A stretch of DNA of 64,000 bases from Trichoplax sp. H2 (taxonomy: Eukaryota): the NCBI GenBank assembly GCA_003344405.1, contig NOWV01000003.1, positions 372,001 through 436,000 of the forward strand, given 5' to 3'. The notes under the pieces are model-generated. The model was not told the origin of the DNA. It ran no database searches and saw nothing but the letters and a program-made list of their open reading frames with translations. Position 1 is the first letter of the stretch; every line of letters starts with the position of its first letter. Both the position numbers and the translations under genes were made by a program. Positions 13,901-28,651 of the stretch are shown here, one piece after another.

Positions 13901-16900
13901 AGATGGAGAAGCAAAATTACTTTCTTTCTGCTTAGAATCTGGACCATCAGCAACAATACGATGCGAATTAGTTACGTTTTCAATTCCCTTATTTTCATCT
14001 AAATTACCCTTGACTTCTTCATTGATGGTACTTTGATCACCTGTCATTGATAATCTTTTAGCCGATGGTAGATCTTTAGAATTATTATCTTTGTTGCTTT
14101 CCACATTAATTTGCGGATTCTTTCCTTCCATAGTATCATCTACCTTATCGGCTTGACTTACGCCTTTTAACTTATCGTGCTGAATTGCTAGGCCGACAGC
14201 AACGTCTTCCTTTATGTCAGATTTATAATCTGGTTTAGGAGTTACCGATTTTAAGCTAGATTTTAGGTTTGAAAACCGTTTTATTCCGTCACTAACTCTA
14301 TCACTGGAGGTAATTGGCTTTTTATTATCGAAGGACTGCTTGGTTTGTTCATTCCTCTTTCGTAAAACACTACGAAAGTCCTTGATTTGATCTTGAGATG
14401 CCTGCGGTTTATCAGAATGAAATGTTTTTAGAGAAGATGGCATGTCCTTTATTAATGTTTTGCCTTTACTAGTGATATCAGATGGATTTCCTTTGCCCTT
14501 TTTATAGCTACTAAGCGAAGGTAGTCGGGGTCGATCGTCGTCGGACTTATAATTATTGCTTTGTTCACACGACTTGTTTGTTTCTTGGTCGCGGTTATCT
14601 AGATTCTCGCTAGTGTGAAATAACTCATCCGACTTTGAATCTTCGTTCGGACCTTGAACGTCAGTTAATCTTTGTTTACTTTTCTCCGTTGTAAGTGAAA
14701 AAGTCCCTGAATTATCAGTTTCCTGCTGCATGTCTTGCGATATGTTTTGTTTACTATCATCATCACTTCTGTCTTCGTAACTAGTTTTTATTATATAATT
14801 ATATAAGGATATGAATTACATAAGTAGGTATTAGAGAATTGAAAAGCAGTAAATGCAGTGAGTTAATACAAAATTTTCCTACCGTATTAAACTTAAATAA
14901 ATAAATAAAACTGCTTCTATGCGATTCACAAAGGTAGAATTACAACACATTAATCATATAACTATTGGAGTAAAATATCCCTCACAATTCTGAATTTCGT
15001 AAGGCCATACTAATAAAAACTTTTTACGCTTAAGACTCGTAAAGTAATGTGTCTGATAAAAAGCATGATACAAGTAATGGGTTATACGGGTACTAAATTA
15101 AATATTCTTAACCTGGAATGGAAGTCATTTAACTAGATGGATGTAAAGGTTTAAATAAATACGCATACGGTTAAGTCGAGTCTGCAACGTCATAAATTTA
15201 TGATGTCAGCGTTAAATGGTAATTAAGTATATAATCACTCGATTTTAAATACCATTACAAATAACTAATGAAGCTCATGCTAATAAAGGTTAGCTATCAA
15301 GTTGATTTAGCAGTATTACAGTATTTCCTACAAAGATATAGTATTTATAGCTACACCAGCGTTCTCCATCAGAAAATTAAATTTTAGGGCATTGATAATT
15401 ATGTAGATTTCCCTCGATCCTACAATAATCAGTTCCATATATTGAATGAGAAAGTTATTGTATGTATGTATGACATCTACCGAGGCACTATAGCGAATTT
15501 AGTCGCATTAGAATGCTAATGTAAAATTTCAATTATAAGCATACAAGTACAGTAGCTCCTGCTGCTTGCCACGACTGTATCGGAATAAATCTTTGTCGCA
15601 TTGATTCCGTAGTTTCGCCAGCTTTATGATCTTCGAACGTTAGACACTAGTAGTTAAGATTTCAATAATACCTTTCCCAACTTTTAATCGGCTCAACCTT
15701 ATTAATTTGTGGTCGGTACGGCTAAATTAAAATATCTGATAGCCCAATATGTACTATTCTATTCTTTATCCTCAGTCACTGGTCGTAATGGTTATGGCCT
15801 GCAGGAGCTCGTAACTGTAATTTTATTTTATTAATTAATTTGTCATCATGCAATAACTACGTACCAACGTAATATAACGATGCGGTAGAATAGTTTTTAA
15901 TTTGGCATGATATTTCTATATCGATACCACAATTTAATTGTTTTAATAAATTTAATTTAAAAATTCCAGTCTTACTACAGCTATAGGTATACAATGAGAA
16001 TTTGATTGCATTTTTGTATTTATACTCGCGTAATTAATGAATGAGCAACTGTAGTTTGTGATTTATAACCCTTTTAATAATCAAAAATGTTATCAAAAGT
16101 CTATCGTCAAAATTCATTCATTAATTTAGCGTAAAGTGAGGGTAATATTGACCTAATTTCTGCTCTCATAATAATCGTTTAGCGGAATCCGTTAACTGTA
16201 AAATGCGCTGGAAAATTACTATGCGAATAAACTGTACAGTATTCCGTGTATGTCTATCAAGTTACTATTTAGTGCACGGAATTAGAGCTTAAAGAATCAG
16301 TATTACATTATTATTTTGATCTAACAATTTCAAGACTACTAAGATTAGGCACATTTGCAGATTCGTGGCAGTTACGTTATGTTGATATTTTTACCTTTCT
16401 CCATTATTTTTTTCCTTCTCGATATTATCAGCCTCTGAGCTCTTAACGTGGGAGGATTCTTCGTTTAATCGTTCATCATGTAAAGCTCTTGTGTTGGATC
16501 CTTCTATCTTAATATCTAATATACTACTACTATCAGCAAACTTTTTGAGTTTGGCTTCATCATTAACAAAACTTTTAAGCTGGTTACCCATAAGTTCCTT
16601 CGAATTTCGATGGCTTTCCGTGATATTTTTTTTAGAATCTAATTTACTTGGTTCTACTCCGACTTTAGGGTCATCCTGGATTAATTTCTTGGCTGCCATG
16701 CGATCAGTATTAAATTTGTCTCTTCTAACGTTAAAATCCGATATCCTATTTGAATTTGTTTTTGCTCGAGAGCCTAAGTTTTGCACATCGTTGCTACTAA
16801 TATCAGGGCTTTCGATAAATGCTTCACTTTTCGTTTCGGGTGAAGATAATGAGCTTGTTGTTGTACTGCAATCTGAATCGCTTTTTTGTTTGATAATCTT

Positions 16901-18053
16901 ATTGCGAGATAATATAGCCTCCATTGATGCTTTGTCATCCGCGGGAACTACAGTTGAGATTTCGTCAGGTACCTTTGTCTTTATAGGATTTTCATGAGCT
17001 TTATGACTTCCTGCTTTAGATATTGACGTGACAGATAGATCTTCTTTCTTCTTCATCTGTACCTCATTAATCTGTTCTATAGAATAAGTTAATTTATTCG
17101 TTGCTGCATGATGTAATCCAATGCTTACCTCTGCAGTAGTAGGATGTTTATCTATCGTATTTTCTGACTCCGTACTATCGACATCGTTAGTTGACCGTAT
17201 ATTAACAGAAGTTTGAACTCTATCTTTGCTACTACGTAAGGCTGAGCGAAAATCATAAGAGGTGATCTTTTTGGCAGGTGTGGCTTTTTTCTCAAGTTGA
17301 TATAGTTGATATCGGTTCTTAATATTAGAATCTGTAGATGTAACGTGTTTGAGTTCATTTTTTTTACTAACAAATGATTTAGTCGGATTTGCTAATGGAA
17401 ATCGTTTAAGAACGGTGCTTGGATTTTGATTTTGTTTGTCAGTATTAATTTCACTTATTTTCTGTCGAGTGTCCGTTGTTGAAGCTTCAGGTTCGACATT
17501 AATAGAACATTTTCCCTTCTTAATATCATCAGTATCTTCGGGAAAAGAATTTTCTAAGGTAGTCTGCCGTTGATTGTCACTGATATTGTTGCATTCATTT
17601 TCCTCCAATGACTTGTTCGACGTTGATATTTTCCCATCCTTACTTGATTGACTCTCAACTAATTTTGTGTCGTCTGATGTCGAGTTAATAATGGGTTTAT
17701 CACTTGATGTATTTCTATTGCTCTGGCGGTTTATTTGACCATTCCTCGCTTTAAGAGCTCTGAGTACCACTCGTATCTTCCGTCTTACCACAAAATCTTT
17801 AGTATTATCAAGCTATTCCGACAACAAAACGAAAATCATTTTGAATTTTGATAGTATTAAAATTCTGTACTAGACAAATTAGACGTTACTCTGTGCATAA
17901 GGAAAAACTTAGAAAAATCGTTATCACTCATTAATTGTAAATTAATATTAGCCTATATCGACGTAAACTTACTAGTTGCTGTAGTTCGTCTTCATTATCA
18001 TAATCTTCTAAGGGTTTAACCTTAGGTACGTTTTCTGCCCTAAGTTCCACCAT
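10941..18053 (-). CDS. Giant smoothelin-like actin-binding protein (N-terminal smoothelin motif, long low-complexity middle, C-terminal CH domain); exons 18053-17973, 17812-16395, 14780-12168, ~12027-11766, ~11648-11536, ~11334-11180, ~11061-10941
   Basis: N-terminal DNEDELQQL/LDNTKDFVVRRKIRVVLRALK resembles smoothelin DEGVLDKMLDQSTDFEERKLIRAALRELR. C-terminal ILLQWCKLHTKGY..DLSRSWADGLAFCALL..NFTLAFEAF..LLDVEDM..PDQRCVMTYLLTIY is a smoothelin/cytospin-type CH domain. Phases join the 466-aa and 859-aa ORFs into one gene. Confidence 0.8.
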
Positions 18054-20262
18054 AGCTTACATTGCTGCTGGTTTTAAATACTATATAGTTAGATTTAAAT
18101 CAGTTATAAGTTTAGTTTCTTAAATGAAGGCAATTATCCGCTATTAGAGTTGCAGATGAAATCAACAGTAGCCTACAGTAACTAAACCATAACAAATTGC
18201 GATCGAGAAAAAGAAAATTATTGATAAAACCTGCAAAAAATCAAGTATAGTAGATACGATAACTGTCGAGGTTTAATCTAGAAGTCTCTTACACGTAAAA
18301 CTGTATAAATATGACATCCCAAAAGTATAATGCCGATCAACCATATCAGCAGCGCCGAAATACGAAAGAATATCGCGTTTCAATAATTTTATACGATAGT
18401 TGATAACTCATTAAAGTACGGCACGCATTACAATATATTATTAGATACTGCAATGGATATTCGTAAACTAAATTCAATCATTTCGGCTTAGTTCAAATAG
18501 TTAACTCTGATTGCTGCTTCTTTACCTGCATATTAGCCAGTCACTCTTGCAATATCAACCCCAATTTTAAAGAAAAATTAGCTGCGAAGCATATCTTAAT
18601 TAAGCAGAGTTACAAAATTTAATAAATATTGAAAGGTATAACCAGAGTTTTTTAACAACGTTGGCACGATAATTATAGACGTAATGTACAGTACTCCTTC
18701 AAATAATTACTAGAGTATTTCTTTTCTCGCAAACTCGTCATCATTTTTTTATGTAACTAACTCGGTGAGCACTATACCATACACGTACAATGCTCACCTG
18801 GAATTATTCTATTAGTAACACTCTACACCTCTATGTAGCTATTCAATGATTATTGTATAAATTAAGGATAGCCGCTGAATTTTAACGAATCTGTAGTAGT
18901 TGTATAAAAACTAAATTGTCCAGTATATAATATGACAAACTAACTCTTGACCGAATTAATTTATACACAGGTTTAGAAAGTATTTACGATCAAGAAACTA
19001 TCTCTGGTAGTTCCACTATCAATGACATAGTTATAAACGAATTATTACAATTTCGAAAATTTTAGGGTAAGCTATGAAAGTAAGGGTAAATAGAGAAAGG
19101 CTTTGCATAAGGAAATATATCCCTAGGTAACGCTATCTGATACAAAGGTTGCCGAATAATAGACGTACAATTAATGACAATAGCTCAGTAGGTAGTATCA
19201 AATCCCGGAAAGCTTTTGATTAACAATCGAATGCGGGATGGAGTTACAGCCGAGATATGAAACTATTAATCTCGATGCAAGATGATGACGTCTAGCTATA
19301 AATGTATTTGAATTTTCATGTTTTCTTATATCATACTCCGAGCAAACGATTAACTAAGGCAAAAAAGAACTAATTTGTTGCTTAATAGTAAACTTCCTTG
19401 ACCCTTTATTAAGCAGATTCTAGAAAAGATTCTCTTTTTGTATCATCTCTTCGTTCGATTATGTTATTAAGCTGGTAAAGCCCTCGTTTCGAAACACTAC
19501 TAACTATAATTGTTTTTCTAAACAATTGATACCATAGCTCATCATTTTTTTCTAATGTATGTAACATAAGGCACGTAAATGAATGTTAATGTTATGGTGA
19601 AACCGCGCATTGACTTAATTTTAAAAGCTCAGTATTTCAATATTAATAAGTAAAACGATCTTGGTACATTCTGCAATAACAGGATATCCTTAAATTTTTC
19701 TTAGTGGTGTATCGTACTGAGCCCATTACAGAGCAGTTTGACGTACGAGTATATTTGATATGCTATAAACTGAACCATATAATACACGCGATATGATTAA
19801 ACTGGAGTCAGCAAAGCAACTTCATCCAGTTTGCTTGCTTTGCTAACCGCAGCATAACTAGTTTAATGTTAAAAATGTACAATGTATATGCCTATTATGT
19901 ATTAAAACGCCCAAATTGCATAATCTATGAATTTTAAACGATTATAAGTAGAAAAAGCCTAAAGATGACATGCTCGTAAATAAAGTTCTAAAAAATAAAG
20001 AAAGAGTATGGAGAACAAGTAATACTAAAATTAGAAGGTATTGTTAAATTTATTTTTCGAAGCAGATAGCCACCGATAGCATCGAAAATTCTTAATGTGA
20101 ATAGCTACTGCAGATATAATATTCCTAACAAATCTCTTACCTCAAATTTATAAGCAGTTATAAAAAATAATAATTGCCTTTAATGCTTGTTTATTTGCCA
20201 ATTATAATTATTGATCGCGTTCTAAAATAGTACTTGTAGTTTTTTTTTCGTAGAATCCTTAA

Positions 20263-20272
20263 CCAAATTAGG
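20263..20272. promoter_or_regulatory. CArG box (CCAAATTAGG) upstream of a putative non-coding first exon of the smoothelin-like gene
   Basis: Exact CC(A/T)6GG match about 120 bp upstream (minus strand) of a strong GAG|GTAAGA donor at 20141/20140. Confidence 0.35.
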
Positions 20273-23200
20273 AATATAGCTTCCAAGATAATTGTTCAAC
20301 AATTCATGCTCAGATAATAACTATAAATCAAACTGCTGGCAAAGGAAAGTACCCATGAACATAAATAACACTCTAAAATTGATGATATTAGATATGATCT
20401 ACTTCAAACGTCTGTAGTAACAGATGGAAGATTTGATTCAATTGACCATTTAGCTTCATATGATAGCGTGCGAATCCGGACTAGGGATAGCGTCCTAAAA
20501 GGTGATATTGTAATTTCGTAAGTAACCGAAAAATAAGTTTTTTTTCGCTCTTTTATCACAGAATCAAATATTTTGGCGTTTGATAGCAAAGCAACCCTGT
20601 TATACTATACCGCATAAAAGCGTGATTGATGCATAATACAATGTAAACTAGTACTATTTTAAATGCAACATGAACTTACTGTACGATATCATGTATTGTG
20701 CTGGACGGAATATCAACGACAGAGAATGGCAAATATAGGAGTTTCTTATTGAAGATAGTTTACCCGTGTAATGAGTGTGTATTACGGTTATTATAATATA
20801 ATGTACTTTACGTATTTTACTAATAGATCAATGTTGGTTTATATGCTCAGCGATTATAGCCTACATTATTATCATTGCCGCATCGCTATATCTTCACCAG
20901 TAGCCATAAAAACTTAATTATATTTATACAATGATTTCATTCCTACGCTATCACGGTATGTACACCCACTTATTTACTCATTTAATGTAAAGCCTTATAT
21001 TGTTATTAAAATGATCAATCACATTGTGAATTATCATAAAAATACGTATAGTGACGTCAAACTAATCGAGGCTTCCTGCTTGACAGTTATTTTATCACCT
21101 CAACGGCGAATGTTATTGACTAATAGTTTCCTTGTAAGCTTTCAAGTCTACCGACAATCCAGCATAACATTCAGTTAAAACAGGAATAGTTCTATAATTC
21201 ATTGTGATACTGTACTTATAGAAGTAGCTTATTTACACATTCCTATTACTCATTACTGTTATTCAATAATTAATGATACATAGGACTACACGTATATTCT
21301 TACGTGTAGTATATTAACCTTAAACCGTTCAGGTTAAATGTTTATAACCTGAATGTACCAAAAAGTTGTTTAAAATCTTGCTTTAGTTTAGCTTAGCCTT
21401 TGACAGAAGAGAAACAATCGGATTTACTACTATGGATGATATCTTTGTACTCTAAATCGTTCTGATTCTTCTTATTCATCGGATTTCTCTCGCACCGCAA
21501 TGATATATTAGATTCAGTGCGGTGTTAAAGTTTAGTAGTATTAAATCAAGACCTGCATAATTACTATTAACCAACATTTAACTAGAGTAATGTTAGATTT
21601 GCGATAGACTGACATTCAGAGTAGTAAGATAACGGTAATAATTTTTATTTAGAGTCTAAATCTAGATCGGATTAATCCAATCCAATTTCGCCTTTTGAAT
21701 ATACTATCTCTCATATTCAGGCCACAGACGCTGCTCGTAGTTTGAGCCTCGTCACACAGTACAATGCGTCAAGTTTAATCGAACTGAACAGTGTAATATG
21801 CGATGCATTTAACTTATCACAAAGACGCGATTCTAGTTTTAGATATAATTTATTTGCAGCAAGTAGAAGGTAATATATTAGAACATAAGACAGAGCGGTT
21901 ACTTCCTTCTGAAAACTTTTATATATAACATGTGGGCTATCAGTAGAAGATTCGAAAGAATGATAGAATGAATCATGAACCTACATACTCGTATCATAAC
22001 ATCATATTTTAAAGAGATTCTATTCTGAGATAAGTTATCATTACATCTGATTGCATTACATAATGTAGTACACTACCGTGCTGTAACTGAGAGAATTTAT
22101 GATATTTAATACACTGTCTTTATTTATTGTACACTATGTAACATAAGGGGTTTTGTATGTCTATGGAGATATAGCGGGTTGCTTACTAGCGAGATCAAGG
22201 AGATACACCTGAGATCTGGGCGGAAATGGTAGTCATACCGTAGATGCTACGGAATTTTATTGGCAAATTTTAGCTAGTAAACTGTCAGAATATTGTTTTA
22301 TAATTATCGGCACATAGGCTGCAAATTGCTCAGTGATGACTCATACCAGATTAAATCTTTTACTCTAGGGGCTCCCCTAAATTTTTTATAATGTTATAGA
22401 CCTCAGTATAGGTACTGTATGGGTAATACCCATGTATCAAACATTATACGATTTACTTTAAACTAATTCAGTTATACTACATTACAGTGCTTAGTTCGAA
22501 TTTACTGTCCAGTTTGCGTCTTCTATAGTTTGGATGAATAATTTTTATGAGCGAAACGAATTAGCAAAGAATAGAATAATAAGTGGAAAATACAAGCGCT
22601 GTATTACAATGACAATAGCAGTTTTAGATTAAAACATGATTGATGTAGAAAGGAAAGGAAATTTGAAGTAGTGATAACTTAATTTATCAAGTAGTCAACT
22701 GCAATTTATATGATACATTTTATCAACTGACTACAGTTGGTGTTGAATGCTAGTGCAAGATGAAAGATGGTAAATTTCTACCAAAGACGAAACATAGAAT
22801 AAAGCAATAGCATTTGTTCGCCATCGAACACTATTACCTGATGGTATTTATTGTCTGAGATTATTTTATGCTGTAGGTGCTCTTTAATAACGATCCTTTT
22901 ACTATTACATGCAGTAAACCTAAGCTATTACCATCAGGGCAGAGGAGATTTTAAATTATGATACCTTTCTTTTTATTCGTTTTTCTGTTCATGTTTGAAT
23001 ATCATGGTACAGTAGTAATCATATCGCGAATAAAGCAATAAACTTATTATGTAATGCCGTTGGGTTCGCAATATACTGTACACAACAAGGAATTGAGAAA
23101 GTCTTATGATTAAGTGCGACATATATACACAAAAGTTAACTTAATATTATTATGGTGAATACTACTTTAACCGTATAATTAATAGGTTAGATTCAGCTGA

Positions 23201-24005
23201 CAGCTTCAGTTTGTCTTAATATGCCACGAAATGCCTGACTTACGTCTTAAAATGAAACTGTAACAGCTATTACGTGGTCTGTACTACCAGTTCCAATGTA
23301 GACCCTAGAAAAAATTTTACAATAATGTTCAGGCATTAAAGAGGACCGTAATTATTAACGTTTACATTATGAGTTTACATTGAAATGAAATTAGATTATA
23401 CATATTCATGCTTTATAGCTTCAGGGGCATTTAGATAGCAAAACTTCAACGAAAAATTCGGTATGTTGCGGTACTGTAACTTATAGATAGTATCGATTAA
23501 TTATATATATTTGTTATTATATCAATATTATTCGCTATAATATCATAGCGAGGAAATGGTCATACGTTTTAGGGCTCTATAGTATTTACACGCTTCTATC
23601 GATGAATAAATAAAAGAAATGAGCTTCGCGGAAGACTAAAAAACGCTAATACTTTTCATTACTTCGCAGTATTTACACTTTTTATCGATAAAAGGATAAC
23701 AGAAATGAACATGGCAAAAGACTAAAAATTAAATCACCTGCATAACACAGTATCCACTATCCATATCATATGACATCATTCAACAAAATACGATGCTATC
23801 GCAAGTATACCAAAATTTCAGTAGTTACGGTTCATATTAAATTTATGAGATACGCGATCGAGCTATAATACTCGTATCATTTCATATATCAATCTTGATA
23901 AATTATTCAGTTACGAGTACAGTAAGTTTTCGAAGTTAGAGAATTCGATAATCAAATCATGCAAAGAAATCGTTTAGTCACAATGTTCTCCTTTGCATTT
24001 TGCTG

Positions 24006-27000
24006 CTACCCTTCTTCAATCTTGTGTTCTTGTTTCTGATTTAAGTGCCAAAGCTTGTTTTCGTACGCTTCCGCAGCTGTTTTCCAACGTAAAAGTTTAA
24101 TTTCAGCATCTATCGAGATTGGAGCATATTCTACTTTGCCATTTACGGTCTCTTCTTCAATATCTACCTTCTGGCCAACTGTAACTTTTTTATTTTTTTC
24201 CTCATTTTTTAAACTTTTACTTGATTTATTACTGGATACATTACTCTGTGCTTTATGATTTGATTTTTCGTCTACTCTTAGTACGTTGTGAGCTATACCT
24301 CGATTCACTGGGTTTATTTCATTACCCCTTTCTTCTTCTTTACTAAAGCTTGGTCGACGCATTTTATTTCCATCGTCGGTTTTTTTTTCAGCTAATAATA
24401 GTGTTTTATCACTCGAATCTCGCCTCTTGTTCAGGCGTTGTCCAATTGGGAATTCAACTTCTGTAGACTCTCTTCTTTTCGCATTACGCTTATTCGTATC
24501 GATAATTTCGACAATGGGAGCATCTATAGCCACTGCCTCCATGTCTTGTTCTAATGCTTTCATTGGCCCTTCGTTATCCAAATTTGTACAAATACAGTTT
24601 GCATGAACAGACATCTCACCATCCCATAAAGATACTAACGATAAATGTGTCTTAGCTATGCATTTCTTTTCTACTGGTGTATAGAAAAGATTACGTTCAT
24701 CTGTTTGCTTTTTATCCTTTTTCCGTCCCCGCTTGACATCCTTTGCATTATCTTTTTGATAATCTTTGTATTCTTTATCTTTTTGGGTTTCCCTATCTCT
24801 TAGATGATCCTATAGTATATAAGTATTCATTAGATCAGTCTTCGCAACAGAAAATTTGATAGCATAAAAGATAGCTCAATCTTTTTCCATTGACGAAGTC
24901 CTAATACCCATTAAACATAATACTAAAATTTATAAATTAGTCAATATGGCAACTTTACTATAGGGGAAGTCCAACCTTATCGCGATCTTTTATTGTTTTG
25001 ATACGAACACCATCTTTTTTAGTTTTGACTTGTAATTTTTCATTCCTAGATCCAGTTGATGAAGTACTTCTTGGTCTATGAAGGGTGTCTGCGGTATCAA
25101 TATCCTTTGTAGGTTCATATCTGTTCTTAGCATAATTGATTGCATCAACTTCGTCTAAAAAGCCATATCGTCGACTTTCTATGACAGCCAATGTTATTCC
25201 TTGAGCAAAGTAATCGCGAAGATGTGCCAAATCATAGCATGTAAATAAATATTCAAAGGCATAATTCATTCTCTCAGACCAAATATGTCCCTGAGTTGAT
25301 GCACTGTGGACACTAGTTGGAAGAAAACTTATACCGTCAAGAGCTACCCAAGTTTTGCTCGCTTGTATTCGTTTTTCTGAAGGATTCTGAATTTCGCCTG
25401 ACTCAGAATCATTAATGTTACATTTTTCAGCTACTCTAGAATCCATTATCCAATCCGTTAACGGATAACCACTTTCGTCAATTAAAAATTTACTGGGCTG
25501 AAGTTGAACAGCTTCAGGTACAAAAGTTTCTGATTTTAGTGCTCCATCAGAATTTTCACCGTCCCTTCCATCTGCGTCTAACTTTCTTAATCTTGGCGAT
25601 TCCTTATATAAATGATACGTTTTAGATCAGTAGATAATGAAGGCTATTTCATTAATTATGCGTCAATGAATTATGTTAAAGCAAAGATATCGGAAGAAAC
25701 ATAGAATGTAAACCTGTCTTTTTTGTCTTCGTTTATCTTGATAGTCTTTACGTTGCCTCCTACGATCGTGCTTTCTTGAGATAGCTTCCGGGTTTTCATC
25801 TAAGCCTAGGGGCTTGCACACTCTACCATAGTGCAGATATAGGTTTTGATCGTTTGTTGGTTGATTACTTTCGGGGATAGTAAACTCAACTGAATATTTG
25901 TATTCGATAACGGGGTATGGAATATGAGGTTCACAACCCTATAATTCATAAAAAGTTATTGTACTACTGTCTCATAATGATACGGATGAATTGTGACGGC
26001 AAAGGTTGACATTAGAGAAATTATTTTCAAAATGCTTTACTTTATGTTATTAATTAATTTTTCTATCAAATTTCAATGCTACCTTTAATTCTTCCGGCAT
26101 TCTTAAGTTATTCAGCAAATTTATACATACAAGTACGCAAGCACCGTTGAATAAAGGATCTGCAGTAATATGTTAATTAGTTAGTCTTATTACGAGTGTA
26201 CAACTTATTAGCAAAAATATGAAAACTATTCCTGCTATCGTAAATTTTAGAAATACATTTTTTTATTAAATAGCATGTTGAAGTTCACGTGTATGATTTT
26301 CTTAGTATAAGAAATTATTTATACTGAGATCAACCTTGACATTTAGATATTCCCTTGTAATGATGTTTCTCATCAGCAGTAATCAGAATGTCATCCAGAG
26401 ATGTCAAGCTACGAATCGCATCAATGAAGGCTCCACGATATGCTGGTGAAAACTATTACGAATAATTATGATATAATATACAAGTCATTATAAAATATAT
26501 TAATATGCATTTTATAAATCAATGAATCTTAATAGATTTAGCTTTTCTCATAGCATGATCTTACAGAAAGCGGATTTCCTTGTAGAACCAAATTACGAAG
26601 TTTTGGCAGCAACGCTAGAGTTGCCATAACGTCAGGCAAGTTAGTTAAATTGTTATAACTTAAATCCAGTGACAATAAGTGAGGCCTAAGCATCAAATCG
26701 AAACGTTTTTCGTTAACTAACTGAGCAAACATAGTATTTATTTTTCGAGATACCGTAATGTTGGTTGTTAAGTGGGATCTTACCATGAGTTAGAACTGAA
26801 ATAATTTCGTAGAGATGATATACGATTGTAACCAAGACCTAGGTGTCGCAAAGGCAAGGGATGTCGACATAATGATGTCAAATCGCTGATTTGGTTCGCA
26901 CACAGCTCTAGTACCTGCATATTAAGTGACATTAAGCAATAAGATATTTTAGATCGCAATGATTATGATCAGATTTCAGTAAGTGATAAACAAAACTGAA

Positions 27001-28644
27001 AAACATCAATAAAAAATTAACAACGCCTGCAAAATCACAAAATTACTTTGCTCTGGAAGATAACATACCTGTAAGGACTTAGGCAAATTTTTAGATTCTA
27101 TTGTGACCAAATTGTTGGCACTTAAGGTAAGTTCTTCCAAACTGACTAATTGTAGCATTCCTTCATCAATTTGCGTGATCTAAAAGCATTATGGAAAACC
27201 AGCATATGAGTTTGTTGTAACATCTTGTTTAACGTGATAAACAATGGACTAGAAATGTTGCTTGCAGAATCGATTAAAAATCTGTATTTATAATCGACCA
27301 CCATTATGGTAATTAGAACTTTGTAGGATGAAATTGAATCGTTAAAAAGAAATAGTAGTTCCAAGATGCTAATAATTACCATATTAACTAATGAATATGA
27401 AATAAATAAATAACGTTATAGCACCTTGTTCGCATTTTTATAACTTACGAATAGAGAAAGACGATGTAGGTAAAGAGATGCAGTAAGTATCATTGTTTAT
27501 TATACATTAAGATACATTAATTGTATTGAATTTCATTTCTGGATACTAGATATAATTCAATTAAATGAAACCTTTATCTTACTTTCTCATCTACAAAGCG
27601 TAAGGTTTTAAAATAGCTTCTAATAAATTCATCATCAATTAGCCATGGAGACTTAATTGCTAATTCTCGTAGCTCAGACGCTTCACGACTCCACTTGAAA
27701 TCATGGTTCCACACCTTACTCTTGATTAGTTCTTTAAGAGAGTCTTTAGATTCATAGCGGATTACTTCTCCTAGAAATCATTTTTAGTATGTTACTATTT
27801 GTACTGTACTGTCGCATGATAGTCCTCGTTACTATTGGTTAGAGAACTACACTTTAACGTTGGTGTTTATACAATTACAGTAGTTTTTAGACCGAAGTGT
27901 CTGTACTAAATGGGTGAATAAAATCATTAAAAACTTATGTTACAAGAATAGTCGCTACTAAGAGAATCAATTGAGTAATATGCGCATACAAACAGGTAAA
28001 AATAATTGTTCGAGTTAATCGAAACATTTTAATCAAATCTAAAATTTACCTTTGCAATACTTCTTCCTTTCCCTTTGAGTCTGTATTATATATAGGCACG
28101 CATACGGGTAATTATAAGAAATTAAAGAAATGGTAAGAATAAATAAAATCATTATTTACGTTATTATATGTTTGCGATAGAAGTACCTCACAAAGTAACT
28201 GTCTCAGTCAATATAGAATTTAGAGAAAAGGCTTTTATTACAGAGTTTAAGCATAGCAGAGCAATAATTCAAGAATCTGATATAAAGTATTCTGAGTTCA
28301 AAGAAGTGAAGTCTAGTTTACTCCAAGCTCATCTCTGCAGTTCTTAAGTACTTTTTGGTTTAATCAATTTACGGCAATAATTTGTTGCCTATAATCAGAT
28401 TTGAGTCACGAAACAGAAGACTTTTCCTCAAATAGATCATTACTATGTTTTGCGAATCAATCTGCTTAAGAATATTATTAATCTTCTTTTAATGTCCAAT
28501 ACAGTGCTTAGACTCGTAAATTACAATATTTGACCATAGCTTATGGTCTGTACGTACCCATTGACTGTATTCGCATGGAAAATCACGAAGACATAACGAA
28601 TTCAATCTGGCTCGAAACACTTCCGAACTCGGAGTTACAGCCAT
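24006..28644 (-). CDS. LRRC43: Leucine-rich repeat-containing protein 43 (cilia-associated); about 11 exons incl. 28644-28558, 28080-28050, ~27770-27583, ~27180-27070, ~26914-26784, ~26684-26564, ~26452-26335, ~26159-26083, ~25938-25714, ~25602-24976, ~24809-24006
   Basis: N-terminal RARLNSLCLRDFPCEYSQW and ELRELAIKSPWLIDDEFIRSYFKTLRFVDEK resemble LRRC43 as I recall it (LRKLCLREFPC; LRELAIRNP..YFRSLRVIDKK). LRR units LEELTLSANNL, LQVLELCANQI, LRHLGLGYNRI, LLSLDLSYNNL and LRNLVLQGNPL. Confidence 0.85.
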
Positions 28645-28651
28645 ATTTCAC

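Noticed and set aside
16491..16997. 168-aa plus-strand ORF (also 24055-24258, 48268-48552, 13126-13443, 17152-17373)
   Set aside because: Antisense or alternate-frame shadows of real low-complexity exons.
19810..19844. 10-bp inverted repeat AGCAAAGCAA/TTGCTTTGCT
   Set aside because: Isolated, with no other copies or TSD seen; compatible with chance.
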